64,000 nucleotides of DNA from Chrysomallon squamiferum (taxonomy: Eukaryota > Animalia > Mollusca). Position numbers and translations under genes: made by a program. The stretch is from contig CM022677.1 of assembly GCA_012295275.1 (NCBI GenBank), positions 24,118,001-24,182,000 on the forward strand, given 5' to 3'. Positions 61,239 to 64,000 of this stretch are shown here, one piece after another (position 1 is the stretch's first letter; every line of letters begins with the position of its first letter). The notes beneath the pieces were generated by a model. That model saw nothing but the letters and a program-made list of their open reading frames with translations, was not told the DNA's origin and ran no database searches.

Positions 61239-62343
61239 AACAATAATAATGACACAGCTTCAAGATATTTAAATTCCGCCATTTTACCTTCTACAACAGT
61301 CGTCGTGACGTCATTATACAAATGGAGGACTGATAATGTGGGTTTATTTTACATATATCACAACAAACTACTGTCATAATTTTATTTACAATAGGCAATA
61401 TATGTGTATATTTATGTGTGTGTGAGTATATATATACTTATATATATTCCCTATCGAAAATAAAATGATACTTATAAATTTGGTAAATTTTAAATTATTT
61501 TCTTTTTGTTTTTAATTTTATTCATCCATCTTTCTTTTTATTTTCTCTCTTTCCTCCTTTCTTTGTCTTTATCCAATTTTTATTTTCCTTTCTACTTGTT
61601 CTTCTTTTCTACCTATTTTTAGTGACTGCATACCGCCCAGTAACCCCGCCGTGTGCAGTTTGAACCTATTACTTACCTGTGTCAGGTGAGAGAGATTTTT
61701 AATGGCATTCTCTGTTTACAACGGTCTCTCTCTATTTATTTTCAAGTGTTGTTGTTGTTTACAGAACACTTCTGGTGCGGCAGGACGCACCCAGGGGATG
61801 GGTGTTGTCCATCCCTGCCCGTGGTGTCAGCAGTTTGTTTCTCTCTATATAGTATTTATTTCTCTATCTTTCTGCAGTCTTTCTCCCTGGTTTTCGTTTT
61901 CGTTTTGTTCTTTCTCTCTGCGTCTTCCCTCCCTATCTCTCCGACTCTCTATCTGTCTCACTCTCTGTGTCTCTGTCTGTCTCTCTATGTCTCTGTTTCT
62001 CTGTTTCTCTCTCTCCACTTCTGTCAGTCTGTCTGTCTCTCTCACTCTTTCTCTCACTCTTTCTCTCACTCTCTCTCTGTCTCTATGTGTGTGTCTCTTT
62101 CTGTGTATCTCTCTGTCTCTGTTTCTCTGTCTCTCTCCCCCCCTCTCTCTCTCTCTCCATCCATCCATCCATCAATACATTCATCTATCCATTAATCCTT
62201 CGGTCTATCCATCTTTCGAACTGTCGCTGTCTATATCTCTTTCCGACCACAAGCACACACATACATACATACACGCACCGCACATACCACACACACACAC
62301 ATATACATACACACACACACCCACACATACACACACACACACC

Positions 62344-62377
<34 letters not shown>

Positions 62378-64000
62378 ATCAAAAAGCCTAAGAGACTTAC
62401 TTAGGCATATAACACCGTTATCCAAATCGCTTTTCCGTCTGTCTGTCTGTCTGTATAATCTTTACAATTTTTTTACCTTGAACAGATTTTTTAATACTAG
62501 TATTTTTTAAAGGTTTTTGTGAGTCTCCCATTTCAAACAACGAGAACTCGTCATTGTCGATATTGTTATTTTCGTTTTGAGGTGTCGAGGACACCCGCCT
62601 AGCACTGTGTTGTCAGAGTCAAAGCGGTGACGAACGTAAACGACATTAACACAAACAACGGTGACGCCCAACGTGTTATATGTCGCCATGACAACAGTGA
62701 CGTTAGGCGTACGAATGTATACTGAAGACCATGAGAAAAGCATTTCGCGTTTTTTATTTATTAATATTTTGTGTAATTTTTTTATTTTATTAATATTTTG
62801 TGTTAATTTTTTTTTTATTTTCTTTTTTGTAATTTTTTTTTTTTTATTTTTTTATTTTCTTATTTTCTTTTTTTTTACTTTGTTTTTTATTCTTTTTCTC
62901 TCTTTCTTTTTTTTTTTTTTTCTCTTTCTAATATTTATTTAGATATACATTTGTTAAAGTAACTTCAGGTGGATGAATGAATGAATATAATTTGTTACAT
63001 GTTTTTCTTTCTTCCTTTCTTCATTCATTTATTAATTCACTGATTCATTCTCTCTTTCATTTCTTCATTTTAATTTGTTTTTAAGGAAAACTAAGTTTTT
63101 AAGTGAAGTTAGTTTCACTTCTTTCATTCTTTCCTTCATTCATCCATCGATCCATAATTTTCTCCTTTTGTTCCTTTCCATTTTATTCCGATTTACCAAC
63201 CTAATTATTTTCGACTTTGTTTATTTATTGAATGATTTTAATTTTTATTCAGATCTGCAGATTTGAATGAACTATAAAAATTAGACAGACAAAGGGTTAA
63301 AGTGTTTAGAACGCTAAAAAAAAACAACACGAAATAAAACTGAAATATTTCATGTCATTACTTTCCCGAGGTTTAGTGAACGCATAAATCAGAATATAAA
63401 AAAAAAAAAAAAAGATAAAAAAGAATAAAAATAAGAATAACATGCAAAAACAAAGAAAGGATGAAACGAGTAATAATTAAAAAAAAAAAAAAAAAAAATT
63501 AATAAAATAATAAACATAAAAATAACAATAAATTAAAATTAAAATTAAAATTAAAATTAAAATTGAAATTAAAATTAAAATTGAAATTAAAATTAGAAAA
63601 GAAAAGAAAACTACGACAGATAAAAGAATAACGAATAAAACGACAAAAATGAACAATTTAAAAATAAAGAAACAGGGAAAGAAAGAAAAAACAAGAGGAA
63701 GAAGTAGAAGTTAATATAAAGAAAGGAAAGAAAGATGAAAAAATAAAAGAATGAAAATACAGAATGACAAGAAGCAAGTAAAAAAGAAAAACTTGACAGA
63801 AAAAGAGAATAAATTAAAATAATTTTAGATCTAACGAAGGAAAACTGAAAAAGGGCCAAAAAGAAGAGAACAAGAAAGAATCAGAAGAACAAAGAAAATA
63901 AAAATACGCACAGCATTAACAATAGGAAAGAAAGAAAGAAAAAAATTATGAAAGAAGGGAAGAACAAAGCAATATAGAATCAGATGAAAAAATAAATAAA

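Noticed and set aside
61660-61835. Overlapping strong donors on both strands (ACTTACCTG / CAGGTGAG) and a GC-rich patch suggesting an exon
   Set aside because: No consistent acceptor-ORF-donor chain or recognisable protein could be built.

Overview
Animal (invertebrate-like) genomic DNA, AT-rich and saturated with microsatellites ((AG)n, (AC)n, (ATT)n, (AGT)n, (AAAT)n). Nearly all ORFs in the supplied track are translated microsatellite artefacts. Manual splicing reveals two real gene systems. (1) At 1.2-22.8 kb lies a cluster of seven copies of a three-exon gene (46/115/73-79 nt coding exons, intron phases 1 and 2) for a ~77-aa secreted peptide with a signal peptide and an 8-Cys mature domain (C-PPG-x5-C-x-[VI]DPC-x5-C-x2-HPEA-x-C-x2-NYCGGC-x-RDW-x2-PDGT-x4-C). 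Three copies are intact. One is intact except for a 1-nt deletion next to an assembly gap, one lacks exon 1, one lacks exon 3 and has lost three Cys, and one inverted copy is a pseudogene. The signal exon and core promoter (TATA + TCAGTT initiator) are conserved, while the inter-cysteine loops are hypervariable and mosaic. (2) At 26.1-34.9 kb (minus strand) is a 10-coding-exon gene for a ~1012-aa, mostly disordered SP-rich protein whose single recognisable folded module resembles the DEDD C-terminal / TRADD-like N domain. The spacers of the peptide array carry inverted fragments of this gene's 3' end, which records an inverted duplication as the origin of the array. 35-64 kb has no supportable CDS but contains two homotypic TAATCC (K50-homeodomain-type) clusters and promoter-like islands. 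All homology statements come from recalled motifs, not from database searches.
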